Source: Mesotaenium endlicherianum (Eukaryota). From it: 64,000 nt of DNA. Below, one piece after another: positions 38,703 through 51,880 of the stretch. A program made the translations under genes and the position numbers. Below the pieces are notes generated by a model, which did no database searches, was not told where the DNA came from, and saw only the letters and a list, made by a program, of their open reading frames with translations. Position 1 is the stretch's first letter. Each line of letters opens with the position of its first letter. Where the stretch lies: the NCBI GenBank assembly GCA_009602735.1, contig WELA01003517.1:149141-213140 (forward strand), written 5' to 3'.

Positions 38703-40086
38703 TGTCATGATTTATTAAGTCGAAGTCGTTGCACGTATTCGAGCTACAAGCGTGTGAGCGATCAACCTCCAACGGGCATTTGCCTCTTTGCATTTGTGTG
38801 ATTTAGTTTAGTAAGTTGCTATGCTTGCATGCCTAGGGGATAGATGCCACGTGACAAGTCAACACTTGCCACGTGCGCCAGACTTACTAGACGCACCAGA
38901 GGTACAGGCCGAATACCCCGTCCAAAACTGGACGGTGGCACTTGACTTTGTATTCATAGCCACTACAGGCGGCAGGGACCCAAGCAACAGCCCGAAGCAA
39001 AGGCAACAAGGGTCGAGGGGGCCACGTGGAGCCACCGGAAGGTGGCGGGCTTCTGCGCTTGGCCCAGGCTCACACGACAGCCAGCCCGAGCACTTTATTG
39101 TGCTCGGCGCCAAGCGATGGGAGCCACCGAGGCCACGTGGCGCCATCGGAAGGTGGCAGGCACCTTCAAGTGGCCCAGGGGCACTTAAATGCCCGTCACT
39201 CGGGTCCAGGCACTTCTAAGTGCCCGACACCCAAGTGGCGAGGCCATCAAGGGCCCCCAGGGCCACCGACCGACAGCTGCAGCCCGTCGATTGGCCCATG
39301 CGCACCCGACCAAGATGTGCTCAGCCGACAGGAACTGTCACAACCTGCAGGAGTACCACGGCTTAGCGGGCAACCGTCTGATTGCACAAACATAAGTGTG
39401 CAAGCTTGTCTCACAAGCTTAGCATGTGCTAGAGTGAGCTCCACCTAGCACAAGCATTTAGCATATTCTAACATCTCGCTTTTGATTGGATTGAGTAGTA
39501 ACTAGCCTATTGGAGCGCTAGCACGATAGGTATATGTGTGTGTATGCAAAGGTAGATCTTAGATGAAGACTACATGCATTGAATCCGCGCCTAAACCGCC
39601 GGGTTTCCAGGAGTATAAGTACTAGAGATGTCCCTAGAGAGACATCTTTTTAAAAGTCCCCATTATGCTTGTTGTAAGTCACAGAGATCATCAGTAAAAC
39701 TTACACTTTATCTCTTGTGTTTTCAGGACCACTTAGTTTCTCTCTTGTGAAGTGCAAGCCTTGCTGGCTTCCAGTCACTTGAAGAACTTTACAAGTGGTA
39801 AGCAAAGTCACAGCTTAAACCCCTGCCATAGGACTACTCTTGAAGATCATGATGTGCTTCCAGTGATTTTTTGGGCCATACTTCATTAGTTGTACTCCTA
39901 CCAGTTTACATTCTTGAGGTGCTCACTCTGGAGAGTACACACACCCTTGATTAAAACATCCAACATTTGCCTCTCTTTTTGGCTATAAAGCCCCACGTAT
40001 TGTAGACTTCATTGCAGCAAAGCCTGCTTGCTTATTATGCATTGCTTTGTGTCGATAGTATGCACCCAACCTCCTAGCGCACGACA
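38703..40086 (+). repeat. Repeat A2 plus B2 (LTR-like unit bounded by TG...CA)
   Basis: Starts TGTCATGATT as at 33711 and ends GCACGACA as at 38700. Confidence 0.93.
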
Positions 40087-40989
40087 TCCATGACATTGTC
40101 ACAATTGTAGATTCTACGGGAATCGACTCCATTGGGCATTTTCTGGATTGACCGACGAGTCGTCAAGGTTGGTCACGTTTTGACCAGATTGACATGTTGT
40201 TTTGATTTTTTAGATTAAAATCTTGATTCTTTCATCTTCTCTTTCTCCATCCTTTGGCATGATGCTTTTGCATCTGATTCATCTTGTCAATTGTGACTCG
40301 ACACAACGCTCACTCAAACCATGTCAAGGTTGGCATCGCATTTTACTTGATAAAGTGCCAAATTCTTGTGTTTTTGTTTGACAATCGACAAAAATCTGCA
40401 TATTTTTGCAATTTTCCTATTTCGCATCGTCAACTTGTTTTATCGTTTTACGATGATCGATGCACTTCAAGAGCGTTAGGTTGCAACCTCTCGAGTTCAA
40501 ACTTGTTGTGTTTGCTTATGGTTGTGTAGCCCTCACATGCGACATTAAGTGCGCTTAAGTCTCGTACAAAGGGATCACAAGAGTTGTGCGCGTATCGCAC
40601 TGTCACATGCATAGCTTACACTTGAGAAGGTTGGCCTCGCTATTACGTACGACGTAATCAAGCGTTGTTCAAATGGTCTCCAGTTGTCCAACGATCCAAG
40701 GAATCATAGTCTTGTATGGTACCATTTTGTGGCATACTTTAGATGACTCTCGATTCCTTAACGCTTGTTTGCATGCGTTACCAAGGATTATGTGTCCACG
40801 TTATATTCCCATTTGGACTACAACAAACGCCAATGATGCGTTGACAGAATACAAATGCCAACACGGTTGGCATATGATGCGATTGCACTGTAGGAGCACA
40901 ACATCAGACAGACTCTGATGGGTTCTCCATACAACTCGTTCGTGACGTTCTTTGTGATTCGGTCACATACGTCACTGATTCCGCTTATA

Positions 40990-43396
40990 AACGACGTTGT
41001 GATACGTTCACTTCGACAGATGCGCATTGTTGTACTGGAACATGTTGAAAGGTTGTGGGTTTGCCCAGCCCTGGCCAAAGTTGCTTAAGAGCAACGTGGC
41101 CTGTTCTCGTCTGTACTCCGTGCGTGTTAGTTTCATTGATTTGCAAGATACTTCATGAGTATTTGCAACAATTTGTCAGTATTGGCTTCGCCATATACTC
41201 CTCTTAAAGGGATAAACATATCGTTAATTTGGGACATGATAAGACGCATTTTGCGTTTGAGCGCATTACGTATGCCCTCACCTTTACGCTCGTTCTCACA
41301 TTGGCCAATCCAAACCTGCTTGCGGAGCAGTTGAGGATGCGTCAGGTGTTGGGAAAGGAGGTTGTTTTGCTGCAGGCAGACACGCCTAATGATGTTGAGA
41401 GTCGAAAGCTAACAACTGCCTCACTCACGCAGTTCTATATGCTTTACAACATTTGGCAAGGTTATTTGGAAGGCTACAAGGGTTGGACAGTGGTTACGGA
41501 TCACTGCTCAAATACCTTCTTCCAAGATTAACAAGCCAACGCTATCGAGGCGGCAAATGAGATGGTTTGAGTTCTTGCAACGGTTCCGCTTTAACTGGGA
41601 TGGATCGCTTTGGTCGCAACCATGCTGCGGACCCTCTAAGTTGAATTTCCCATCTCCACTTGAGAATGGGGACTATTGCTAGTTTGCAAGAACAAAATGG
41701 TCAAGTTTCAAAGGCGGCCACTCTTGATTCTGCGGTACCCCCCCAGACGTCTGCCGATGACCGGCCTGGTGACGAGGGCCAACTCGATTTGGATAGCATG
41801 CATACCTCGGAATCATTGACCTGCATCAACTGTTTTAGCGAGGGCTATCTCAAAGATCCGTTTTTCCTAGATCTCCAAGGTACTGGCTTGAATGGTGTAG
41901 CCGTAACGTTGGACAGTATGGACAAAAGGAAAGGACACTCAAACTATTTTTAAGGACGGTTTTTGGTGACACAATGGGCGCATTGTGATCCCAGAAAGCC
42001 AAGTAAGATATGTGCTACTACGCAAAGCGCATGAATCTTCGTACTTAGGTCATTATGGATTTACCAAAACCACACACGCTTTGCGCCGAGAGTACGTTTG
42101 GTCGTCTCTCAAGGTTGGTGTTGCCGAGTACAACACCAAATGCGCAATATGCCGGAGGAAAACACCGAGCAATACGTTGTCGGTTGAAACGCTGCAACCA
42201 TTGGAACTTGGATGTGCTTTCTGGTAAAGCATGAGCCTCGACATTGTCGTGGAATTGCTTACCATCGATATAGGACACAATGGGGTGTTAACGATCGTGG
42301 ATCGTTTCATTACGGTGGTGCACTTCGATGGCCACTAAACCATCATTTGATGCAATCGAGACTGCTCGTCTCTTCATTGATCACGTGTTCAAGTTGCCTG
42401 GCATGCCGAACGAGATCATAAGTGATCATGCCACTAGATTTACAAGCAACTTCTGACAGGAAGTTTGTTCGTACTTCGGCACAACACTTAAGATGTCCAC
42501 TAGCTTCCATTCTCAGACCGATAAGCCCGACGAAACGAATGAACCGCGTTCTGCAACAGTTCCTTAGGCATTATGTGAATCCTCGCCAAGACAACTGGGA
42601 CACCCTCCTTTCAGTTGCAGAGTTTGCAGTAAATAACGCTTATCAGGAAAGTGTTAAGGAAATTCCGTTTTTCCTTAATTATGGAAGACATCCGCACACT
42701 CCCCTGACTTCCGTCATTTTTGATCAGACGGGGATGTCAACATGAGAGTACCAAGTGCTCGCCTCTTTGTCCACTCTCTTCAAAAGGTGCACAAACAAGC
42801 AAAGATGGCTCTAGCCGCCACTCGAGACCGGCAGAAGAAGTTGGCTGATACGCACAAGATTGAAATGAGTTTACAAGGTGGCAATACAATGCTTTTGCAA
42901 ACTAAACCTGCATCCTAAACTCAAGCAGCCAGGAAAGCAAAAGCTTCTGCCTCGTTGGGTAGGCCTTTTTATCGTGACTGCAAAGGTTGGACCTGTTGCA
43001 TACCGACTGGATTTGCCTAAATTTATGGGGCGAACGCATCTTGTGTTCCATGTCAGTTTACTTAAGCTGTTTTGATCTGATGGCTGCTATCAGCCACAGA
43101 CACCGAAATTGGAACTCGCCGATGATGATAAAGCCTGGGATGTAGAGGACGTCTTAGGACACCGCTATACCCGTCATAAGCCTCCACGAGTGGAGCTTTT
43201 GATCAAGTGGCTTCATTACAATTCCAGTTGGAATTCGTACAAACCGCAGGACGAGATTCTACTTAATTGTAAAGACCTGGTTCAACAATATTGGTTACGA
43301 TGGGGTACTGCTCAAAAGTTTTTCCCCATGGCAAGTGTGCTACCTGGGACAATTTGTAAGCCAAGGAACAAACGCAAAAGAGAAGCGGCCAAATAA
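40990..43396 (+). pseudogene. Heavily decayed pol of C (RT thumb, RNase H, integrase, chromodomain)
   Basis: ESRKL, VVTDH, GHYGFTKT, RMNRVLQQFLRHYV, PFFLNYGRHP, VFHVSLLK, WDVEDVL...LLIKW; many stops and frameshifts. Confidence 0.88.
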
Positions 43397-43536
43397 TTGC
43401 TCTTTTTTGTCCCTGTGATGATGCAAAGATTTTCGCTGACTGTGTTTAACGCTGATTACGGTCAGTATTGTATGACACACTCGACTTAAAAGACGATGCT
43501 TAACGAGGACGTTAAGTTCTTTTAAGGGGAAAGGAG

Positions 43537-44430
43537 TGTGACAATCTAAGCTATTTTAGGCGTATTTAGGAATATTCTCCTAAGTACCTACAATACGTTA
43601 CGCTATTTATCAATATAAATGATTGCATTTTGGTATATTATTCGCCACACGTGTGTGCCGACTAATTGATGGTCGATTAGTGAAACGACTAAGATGCTAT
43701 TGCAAAAAGCGTTGTAAAGTAATTCGACTACTTTGCAATAGTTTGACATAATCAATCATAAGGTACTTTGATTAATTATGAGACAATAACCTAATTAATC
43801 TTTGATTAATTAAGTTGATATGATTATCATTATTCCGGATAATGCCTAAGTCATAGATTTCGGGTTTATGACAAGTCATAAAGCCGAACGAAGTCGAAAA
43901 GTCAATCGAGTTAATTATGCAAAGTTACTTTGCATCCAGGCGCATTTGAACCCGCGACTCCTCGTTTGAAACGTTCACACCTAACCGATTGTTAGAGTAA
44001 TTTTCCAAACTACGTGGTCATGACGAAACGACGTGTACGCGACTATTCGCGACTACGCGACCGGTCACGTCCATTCGATTCGAGGAAACTCATAGGCGTG
44101 ACTACGAACATCACGTCTATTCAAAAAGTCAAATAGATGTGACTACGCCGATTTGGCGCGATTCGTCGAAAGTCTTAAAATCTCCACATGGCGTGATTTC
44201 GTGCATTCGGTCAAAATGGTCACATCCATTTGACCACTTTCGTTGACATGACCAGTGCCCTAGGTGGTGACTTGAAGCACTCGATGCCTCACGTTGTGTG
44301 GGAATAAATACCCAGAAGAGTCATTATGAGTGCAACTCTCACAAGCGCTAATTCTGCAGTTTTGCACGACTCCTTTCTGAACAACTTAGAAAAGTTCCTC
44401 ACTATTCTCTCAAAAGTTAGAATCGTTACA
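43537..44430 (+). repeat. 3' LTR of C
   Basis: Clearly diverged copy of 30731-31639. Confidence 0.95.
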
Positions 44431-44435
44431 CCTAC

Positions 44436-47068
44436 AACCACTTCTCTTGCTTCTTCAACATGTCCGTGAGCGGTGCACACACCTTGGCAAATCCTTCAAT
44501 GAAACGTCAATAATAATTTGCCATGCTAAGGAAGCTTCTGAGCTGATGAATATCAACAAGTACCGGCCAATCTCTGACTGCTTGCACCTTCTTCTGCTCC
44601 ACCTTGACTCCTTCAGCTCCCACTATGTGTCCAAGAAACTCGACTTTCTTGAGACAAAAGTCGCACTTGCTTATCTTTCTATACAGCTTTTGATCTCTCA
44701 AGACCTCCAACACCTTCCTGAGATGCTCCACATGCTCCTCCAAGGTCTTCTAATAGATCAAGATGTCGTCCAAAAATACCACCACAAACTGGTCCAAGTA
44801 GGGTCTGAAGATACTATTCATGAGTCCCATGAATGTAGCAAGTAATTTAGTCAACCCAAAAGGCATAACTGTGAACTCGAATAAACCATAGCGAAACCTG
44901 AAAGCAGTCTTCCGAACATCTCCTTTTGCAATCCATACCTGGTGATAGCCACTCCTCAAATCGATCTTCGAGGAATACTTCGTCTTGACAAGCCTGTCAA
45001 TCAGCTCGTTCACTCATGGAAGTGGGTACCTGCTCTTGATGGTGACCTTGTTGAGTGCCTAGTAGTCGACACACATCTTTATAGTCCCATCCTTCTTGTT
45101 CACAAATAAGACAAGCGCCGCAAATGGAGACTCGCTGGATTGGATAAATCCCTTCTCCAATAATTCTGTGAGCTGCTTCTTCAACTCATCCAACTTCGCA
45201 AACGATTGTCAATAGACGGGTCTGACTAATGGCTTGCTCCCTGTTTGCAACTTGATCTTGTGCTCCATAGCTCTCTGTGGAGGTAATCCTGCAGGTAGTT
45301 CCTCAAGAAACACGCACTTGAACTCCTCCAACAGCGCCTTAATTTGGACAGGCATCTCAGCAGGCTTCTTCTTCTCTTAAGTAGTTGGGTTTGGCTCCTT
45401 CTAAGCAAGGGGATCAAACACCACTACTTGCTCCTTTAGCAACGCGCGCTCGCCCAGGCTTTTAGGATTCACGCTTGCTCCATCTGATGACCGGGCCAGG
45501 GCCACCGAAACAAGGTACATCTCCTTCACCTGATTCGTCCTGCATAGCTTCTTAACTTGCAGGCTCAACAGAAGACAGTTCCTTGTGGTTGTATCCACCT
45601 CCACCTCTTTCGCTGTCTCTATTTGACCATCACGCCCTTGGACTTTTACTTGTCCTGTGATCCAGTTGACTTTTCTGAGCCATGGTCGGCCTAATATAAC
45701 CTCATGGCGACCCAACTCTGCCTGCTCCATAACTTCCTTACTCCGGTGCCCCGCTACTTGTACGTGAATAGCTTCCGTAGGTGCACCACACTTGAGTCTC
45801 TGCCCATTCGCCAAAATTGCCTCCTTAAGCTCATAATGCTTCTGCACAGGGATTCGCCACCCTTTCACCAGCTTCTTGTGCACAAAGTTTGCACTTGCGC
45901 CATTGTCAACCATACACTCGCCTTGTTGTCGTCGACTACTCCTTCCATAATAATAGGCTTCTCAACATCTCGTCTTTTGCCTCTCAGCAAGCTCCTGGAG
46001 ATAATCTCCTTGTGAATTTCCTTCTTCACGTCGGTGGACACCCCAGAACGACCTACTGGCGTCCTCCTTTTTTTTGCTGTTGAGATTGCTTCGCCTTCAC
46101 ACTATAGTCTCGAGCCAGATGCCCAAGCTTGCCACAATTATAGCATGATCTTCTCGGCTTATAATTTTGCTGCTTGCGTTGGATCTGAACAAGTCCCAAC
46201 TCCATAGGTACTGGACCTTGTCCACTCGTGCTTGGCGCTTGAGATCCAAATTGTTGATGTCCTTCAAAGATGTGATTGCCCAACTGCCTCTGACTATAAT
46301 CCACAGCCAATGCCATCATTTCTCCAAGACTGGTAGGGTCCTTGAGCGCCACTTCCTTGGCCACAATTGGCTTGAGTCCCCTCTTGAACTTGTCCATCAT
46401 CTCCGACTCGTGCAAAGATGGACATTGAAGCACCAGCTTGTTGAAGCGCGATACAGACTCCTGAACGCTTCCTCGTTGACGAAGGCGCACCAATAGATCT
46501 CGAGCAGTAGCCTCGGGTGTAGTAGGTTGAAATTGCCTCTTCAAGCCTTCAAATAGCTGATCAACAGCAGCAAGAACTCCAGACAGCTGCTCCTGTCGCT
46601 CATACCAAGCCCCAGCACTCTTCTTCGCCAACGTAATCACAAAGGCGACTTGCTTGTCGGGCGTGAGCGCAGAATACTCCATAAACTTCTTCACTCCAAA
46701 ATTTATTGATGAACAGGCGGTGATCCACGCTCTCCAGTATACACTTCAGGCTTTGGTGCACGCATTCTTGATTCGAGTGGAATAACTGGTTGCACCACTG
46801 GTTGAACATGGATTGGTGATATAGCAAGTGCAGGTGCCGAACTCGTCGAAGCGGCATTGTCAACAACAACTCGCACCATTCTCTCCACCTCCACACAAAT
46901 ATTTTGTTGACACTGGGTGTAGACTTCTCCTCCAATTGCAGTTGCTATTTGCCTTAGCATCGCCTGCATCTCTTGTTGCTCTCTGGTCATTGATGGCGCT
47001 GCCTGTTGCTCCGCGCGCTCAACATGCTCAACATGTTTGCCTCTTCCAGCTGCCGACTGCGACTCCAT
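44436..47068 (-). pseudogene. gag, protease and RT of family B (disrupted)
   Basis: [48 protein letters not shown]. Confidence 0.93.
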
Positions 47069-47104
47069 AATATAACATGCAAACTAGCTATCTCCAATAC
47101 CAGA

Positions 47105-47852
47105 TAAAGGGACGAAGTAGTTTAGTAAAAGCGTAGTGACTCACGAGGAAAAGAACTAGTTGCAAATATTCTAAGAGTCCAGCGGCATATGTGTACGAAA
47201 GCCTAGGAAGATTTCTCAGCTTTTTGAGTAGCAAGAAAGTGCTTACAAGTGAAATGAGATGAAAGGCCTCGTCATTACAAACGCGTAGAAATTTACAGAA
47301 GTGAAAACTGATAAGAAATGAGGAAGTGATGCCTATTTATAGATTTCAAACCTAAGTCCTCTCTAGGCGGGAGGGCCGCATAGCAACGGATTTTCAAGTG
47401 TTTGTCAAGTCGTCCCTTTCAGAATATTCGTGAGTAGGCCAGATCAGTCTAATGTGACGTGTTGGGCCAATTTGACGTCCACATACATGCATCAATATTT
47501 CTAGAATATGCTAACTTAGGCGCGCTAGGCTAATCCGAAACTTATAGGTAAATTGACCTAGTTGGCACTCCGCGTCAGCCGAAATTGCGTGAAGGTTCGA
47601 ATTCACTCCAACGGCCTAGATCGCTCGACGCTGTCGGTCAATCCAACGATCGCGCTCACCAGGAATTAAGGACAATCGTCAACCGACCTCAAAACTAATA
47701 AAACTTTGGAAATTCATAACTCTCGCAATACTTGACCAAATTTAATGAACTTTATATCAAAATAACCAAACAAATGCACTCTACGCTTCTATGAAATTAA
47801 AACGTACTTTCAAAGAACTCAAAAATGCATTTTATACACCCATGACCTTACA
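47105..47852 (-). repeat. 5' LTR of family B, abutting a truncated family A LTR
   Basis: Followed on the minus strand by PBS remnant TGGTATTGGAGA. Confidence 0.9.
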
Positions 47853-50624
47853 GATAAAGTACTTAGTATAATAGAGTAATTTATCTATTCAAGACAAAAA
47901 TCTTTGAACACAAGTGGTAGCTTCTTGAAAGAGAGATGGCTTCTTGAAAATTAATATATTTTTGGAATTTGGCAAGTAAAAGAGTGATTCTAGAATGCCT
48001 TTCTATTTTCTAGCTCTTGTTTATATACTTGCTACGTAAGTACTTTCTACCTCTTTCTAGAATAATGTACACATGTTCTTCTGACCTAAAAATGGCATAT
48101 TTGACTTTTGTCACATGGAATTATTCTAGGTCCTTCCTTCAACTTCGAAAATGCCTTAGAAGATTCAAAGGACATGAACCAAGCCACTAGAGTATCTATT
48201 CACACTTGAATCCACACAAAATAATTCTAGAAATATTCAAAAGCATTGAAATAGAAGCAAACTAATATATTGTAACTCACATCACTACATCATTCTCCCG
48301 ACAGAAAAAGCGACGTCTCGGCGCGTCAAGTCAGGCCTTACACATGTGAAGAGGACTAGTCAAAGGCTTCAAATCAGGTGCCACACACGTCAAGAAGACT
48401 AGTAAAAGGTTCCAAGTCAGGTGCTACACATGTAAGGTAGACTAGGCAAGGTTGTGGGTGGTGTGACCTTATTGGTTAGCCTACTCCTTGATGATAAAGA
48501 AATAGTACAAGTTGGCCCAGAATCTGCCACGAAGTCAAAAAATCTTAATGTCCACGGGATTTTTTTGAATCTAAAAATTTTAGTGCCAACTAGAGCGCGT
48601 CAAAGACATCTACCAGGTTACCAAATTTGAGAACATTCCAACTTTTGGAATGTCGTCGAGAGCGGAGAGAGTAGGCACTCCTCCAAATCTGTGCAGAAAC
48701 TTCTGAAAATCATGTCCTTCTCTACTTCTTTAAACTCTTTAAAATTATTCTCTAAATGGGCGCAATCATGTGGTCTATCATAGTCTTGAATTTCAGAGCA
48801 TCCCAAGTTCAGGGGAGGACACAATGTCAGAAGGCATATTCTGCCCTAATAATGCCAGCAGCCTGACCCCTTTGTGTTCAAAGATTTTTATCTCTCTAAC
48901 CACAGCTTCAAATTGAGCAAACTTAATTTTGAATAACCACCTACTTATGGACTACAGCCAGGTACAATTTCAGGAATTAATATGCAGGGATTTATCAGCA
49001 GTAGCAATTTTAATTTTCTGTCCAAAAACTGCGAGAAGAGAAGAGTGTCTAATGTCAATTTTCATCTTTCTGGTTCTTGCAGGCTGCCTCTAAGGGGTCT
49101 TTTGCTGCTTCTGGATGATGGCAGGCTGCCTCCCTAAAGTCTTCGGGCTTCTAGTAGAGAGACTTGAGGCTGGTCCAAGATGGGGGTTGGCGGCATGGAA
49201 GCGTTTCAGCTTTCGCTGAACTTTGTCAAGGAAGTGCGCCGCCACCCAACTATTCTCAGAATCTGGATATCCTTTCTACTTGATCTAGTATTGCTTCTGT
49301 CTCTTGAAATTTCTCATGGCCAATATTTCTTCCATTTTGTACTCTAAATGTCATCCACTATTGTTGGGGTTGGTGGAGTTGTTACTCGTCCTGGAAACTT
49401 GTTGTCCAGTTGCACATATGGCTTGAAGAGGGAAGCGTGGAATACGGGGTCGATGTGCATAGTCTGGGGAAGATTTAGCTTGAAAGCAACGGGGTTGACT
49501 TGCTGGATAATCTTGAAGGGTCCCAAATACTTGGGAAAGAACTTGCTGCCGGCAGCCTGTTGTTTAGAGAAATATTCTTGGATGATAGTAACAATTGTCA
49601 CCCATTCCGTACGTAATTTTCCTTTTGGATCTGTTTGCCACTCTTGCTTGAGCATCTTGCGCGTGTTGTAGAGCTTTCTTGGCTGCTGCAAGGGCTGCTT
49701 CTAATGTCTCCAAAATATTTATTGCTGCAGGTACTTCATCATGGCCAATCGTGAAGCTCAGTGGCGTGGTCGGATGGAAGCCATAAGGATGAATGGGGAC
49801 TCTTGGGTAGAGGCTTGCGTCGTGTTGTTGTAGGCAAACTCCAAGGGGGTCAAGTACATGTCCCAGTCTTGCTCCAGAGTAGACATGTAAGCCTTTAGAG
49901 AGGGCTTAAGGGTATAATTCATACGCTCTGTTTGCCCATCTGATTGCAGGTGGTAGGCAGTGGACATATCCAGAGATGTACCCAAGTTCTTGAAGAGATA
50001 TTTCTAAAAATGGCTGGTGAATCTTAGGATCTCTATCCGACACAATTCTTGATGGTAGTCCATGCAGTCGATAGATGTTGCCAAAGATGAGTTTTGCTAA
50101 CTGGGGTGCTGTAACCTTGGTTGTTGTTGGGATGAAATGAGCCATCTTTGTAAATCAGTCCACCACTGTTAGTATTGCACTACGGCCGCGTGGTGTCACT
50201 GGCAAGTCTACAATGAGGTCCATGGAGATGTCTGTCCATTGTCTCTTGGGGATTGGTAGTGGTTACAGAAGTCCTCCCGCCTTTTGCGATGATGGCTTAA
50301 TTCTTTGGCATGTGTTGCAGCTCTTGCAGTACTCCTTGACTTGCTTAGACATTCTTGGCCAGCAATAAGTCCTTGCGAGCACGCCCGTGGTCTTTAATAT
50401 TCCAAAGTGTCCTCCAAGAGGGTTGTCGTGTGCTTCTCGTAGAAGCAAGAGCCGGACGTCTAAGTCATTAGGAACACATTTCTCGCCCGTGTCTTGCCTC
50501 ACCCAATAACTTGCTTCTTGTATGGGTCCAAGGCTGCTTCTTCGTTCTTGTAGTAAGGTTCCCTTTCATAGGCGGCTGAAAATCGAGCTTCCAGATCTGT
50601 CTTCAGGAATGTAGGGATGTCATC

Positions 50625-51880
50625 TGAAATGAATCTTGCTTATTCAAGATTAATATATTTCATTTAAATATAAAAGATCAGAGCTAGGTGGAAGCGTGTG
50701 AAATCAGGGAGCGATCTTTGCCCTTATAATGAATTCCGTTTACTCATCTTGACCCTTGACTCACTTATCGTAGTGTGCCATAGTTGCACACGAATACAAG
50801 GCACAAGAAAGAGGCGAGCTTGGGGACTAGAGCTTCTCCTTTAGAAACTCATGGCCTCTTGCCTACCAGGCATGCAAGCATGTATAGCACATGCACAACA
50901 TCAGGGGACTGAATAGCAAAGGCGCTCTCATTCAGATGACCATAATGTAGCTAAAACACATCCCACTGACTTAGGTGCAAAACCATGGAATCTGTCCGCT
51001 GTGTGACCCCAAAATGTCAGAGGGCATAACTCTGTCAGTACTACTCCAAATTGAGCAAAATTAACGGCAACGGATGCATCTTGACAAGACCTTTCCGAAA
51101 AGTTCTAGTTTGTCCCATTTGAAGCCCAGACAAAGCAACCATGTTAATTTCCGTGAAGGCTGGTCATTAGAACGAACCCAAAAGGTGCACATGACTTGCA
51201 AGTAGAAATCCGACTGTAAAGCCTACTGTCCAGAATGAGGGACCACGAGATCCCAGCCTGCTATGTACCTAGTGACCACCTGGTTGACCACGGCGCAAGG
51301 TGCGCCGTTTCGTGGGAAACCCGTTAAGTTGGGACCCACGGATCTAGGTATAACGACCATATTAATTGGTCGATTGACTGAAGTCCTAATTGTTCAGTTG
51401 ACTGACGACGGCTCCGCCCACCCAGGAGTTAACCACACTGGTAGGACATCGGTCTACCAAATCTCAGTCGACCTTCCAACTTTCAGTATACTACGGTCAC
51501 ATGTGCCAATCTACAAATAATGATCTAAATGAATGTATCCGTTCTCAGCGTACTGAAGCTAAGTATACTGACTAATACGAGGAGAGCTTACTATATGTCA
51601 ACCTACTGATATTACATTCTTTATATAACTGATATACAAATCTCAGCAAAGTATACTATGATACAAAAGTCATCTTGCTGACCTTCTCAACAAGTCAGCA
51701 AACTACACTGTGATACAAAAGTCATCCTGTTGACATTTCTGACAAAGTAAGTAAACTCGCATGTCATCAACATACATTCATTTAGATGAACTCGCACATG
51801 TGATATATTGACATAATACTTATTTAGTGTTATATTTATATATGCAATTAATTAAATAAGTAATGAACTGATTCATTACA
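50625..51880 (-). repeat. Solo LTR (F) related to the G/H family
   Basis: Minus strand TGTAATGAATC...GATTCATTTCA; TSD TCATC (50620-50624 and 51881-51885). Shares termini and the GGAGTTAACCAC...GGTAGGAC block with 57727-58435. Confidence 0.88.

Larger units (their letters stand above)
33711..40086 (+). mobile_element. Element E: gag plus protease element with split direct repeats (A-ORFs-B-A-B)
   Basis: A1 33711-34564, B1 38564-38700, A2 38703-39948, B2 39949-40086. Ends TGTCATG...CACGACA. No RT, IN or YR seen. Confidence 0.85.
30731..44430 (+). mobile_element. Element C: non-autonomous chromovirus-derived LTR retrotransposon nested in B
   Basis: LTRs 30731-31639 and 43537-44430; TSD CCTAC (30726-30730 and 44431-44435); PBS TGGTATCGGAGC 31641-31652; PPT AAGGGGAAAGGAG 43524-43536. 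Confidence 0.95.
27328..47852 (-). mobile_element. Family B chromovirus, degenerate, probably a recombinant of two copies; hosts a solo LTR and element C
   Basis: LTRs 47105-47852 and 27328-28030; mutated PBS 47091-47102; gag 46053-47068; PR ~45401-45913; RT ~44436-45230; RNase H/IN 29281-30730; chromodomain 28018-28404; PPT 28031-28044. Flanks CTCTT and GATAA do not match. Confidence 0.9.

Noticed and set aside
33711..40086. Element E as an ordinary two-LTR retrotransposon
   Set aside because: The left repeat lacks B, B occurs internally before A2, and no PBS or clean 5-bp TSD is present.
50610..50624. TGTAGGG as start of the F insertion (which would imply no TSD)
   Set aside because: The boundary at 50625 gives matching terminal repeats and a perfect TCATC TSD.
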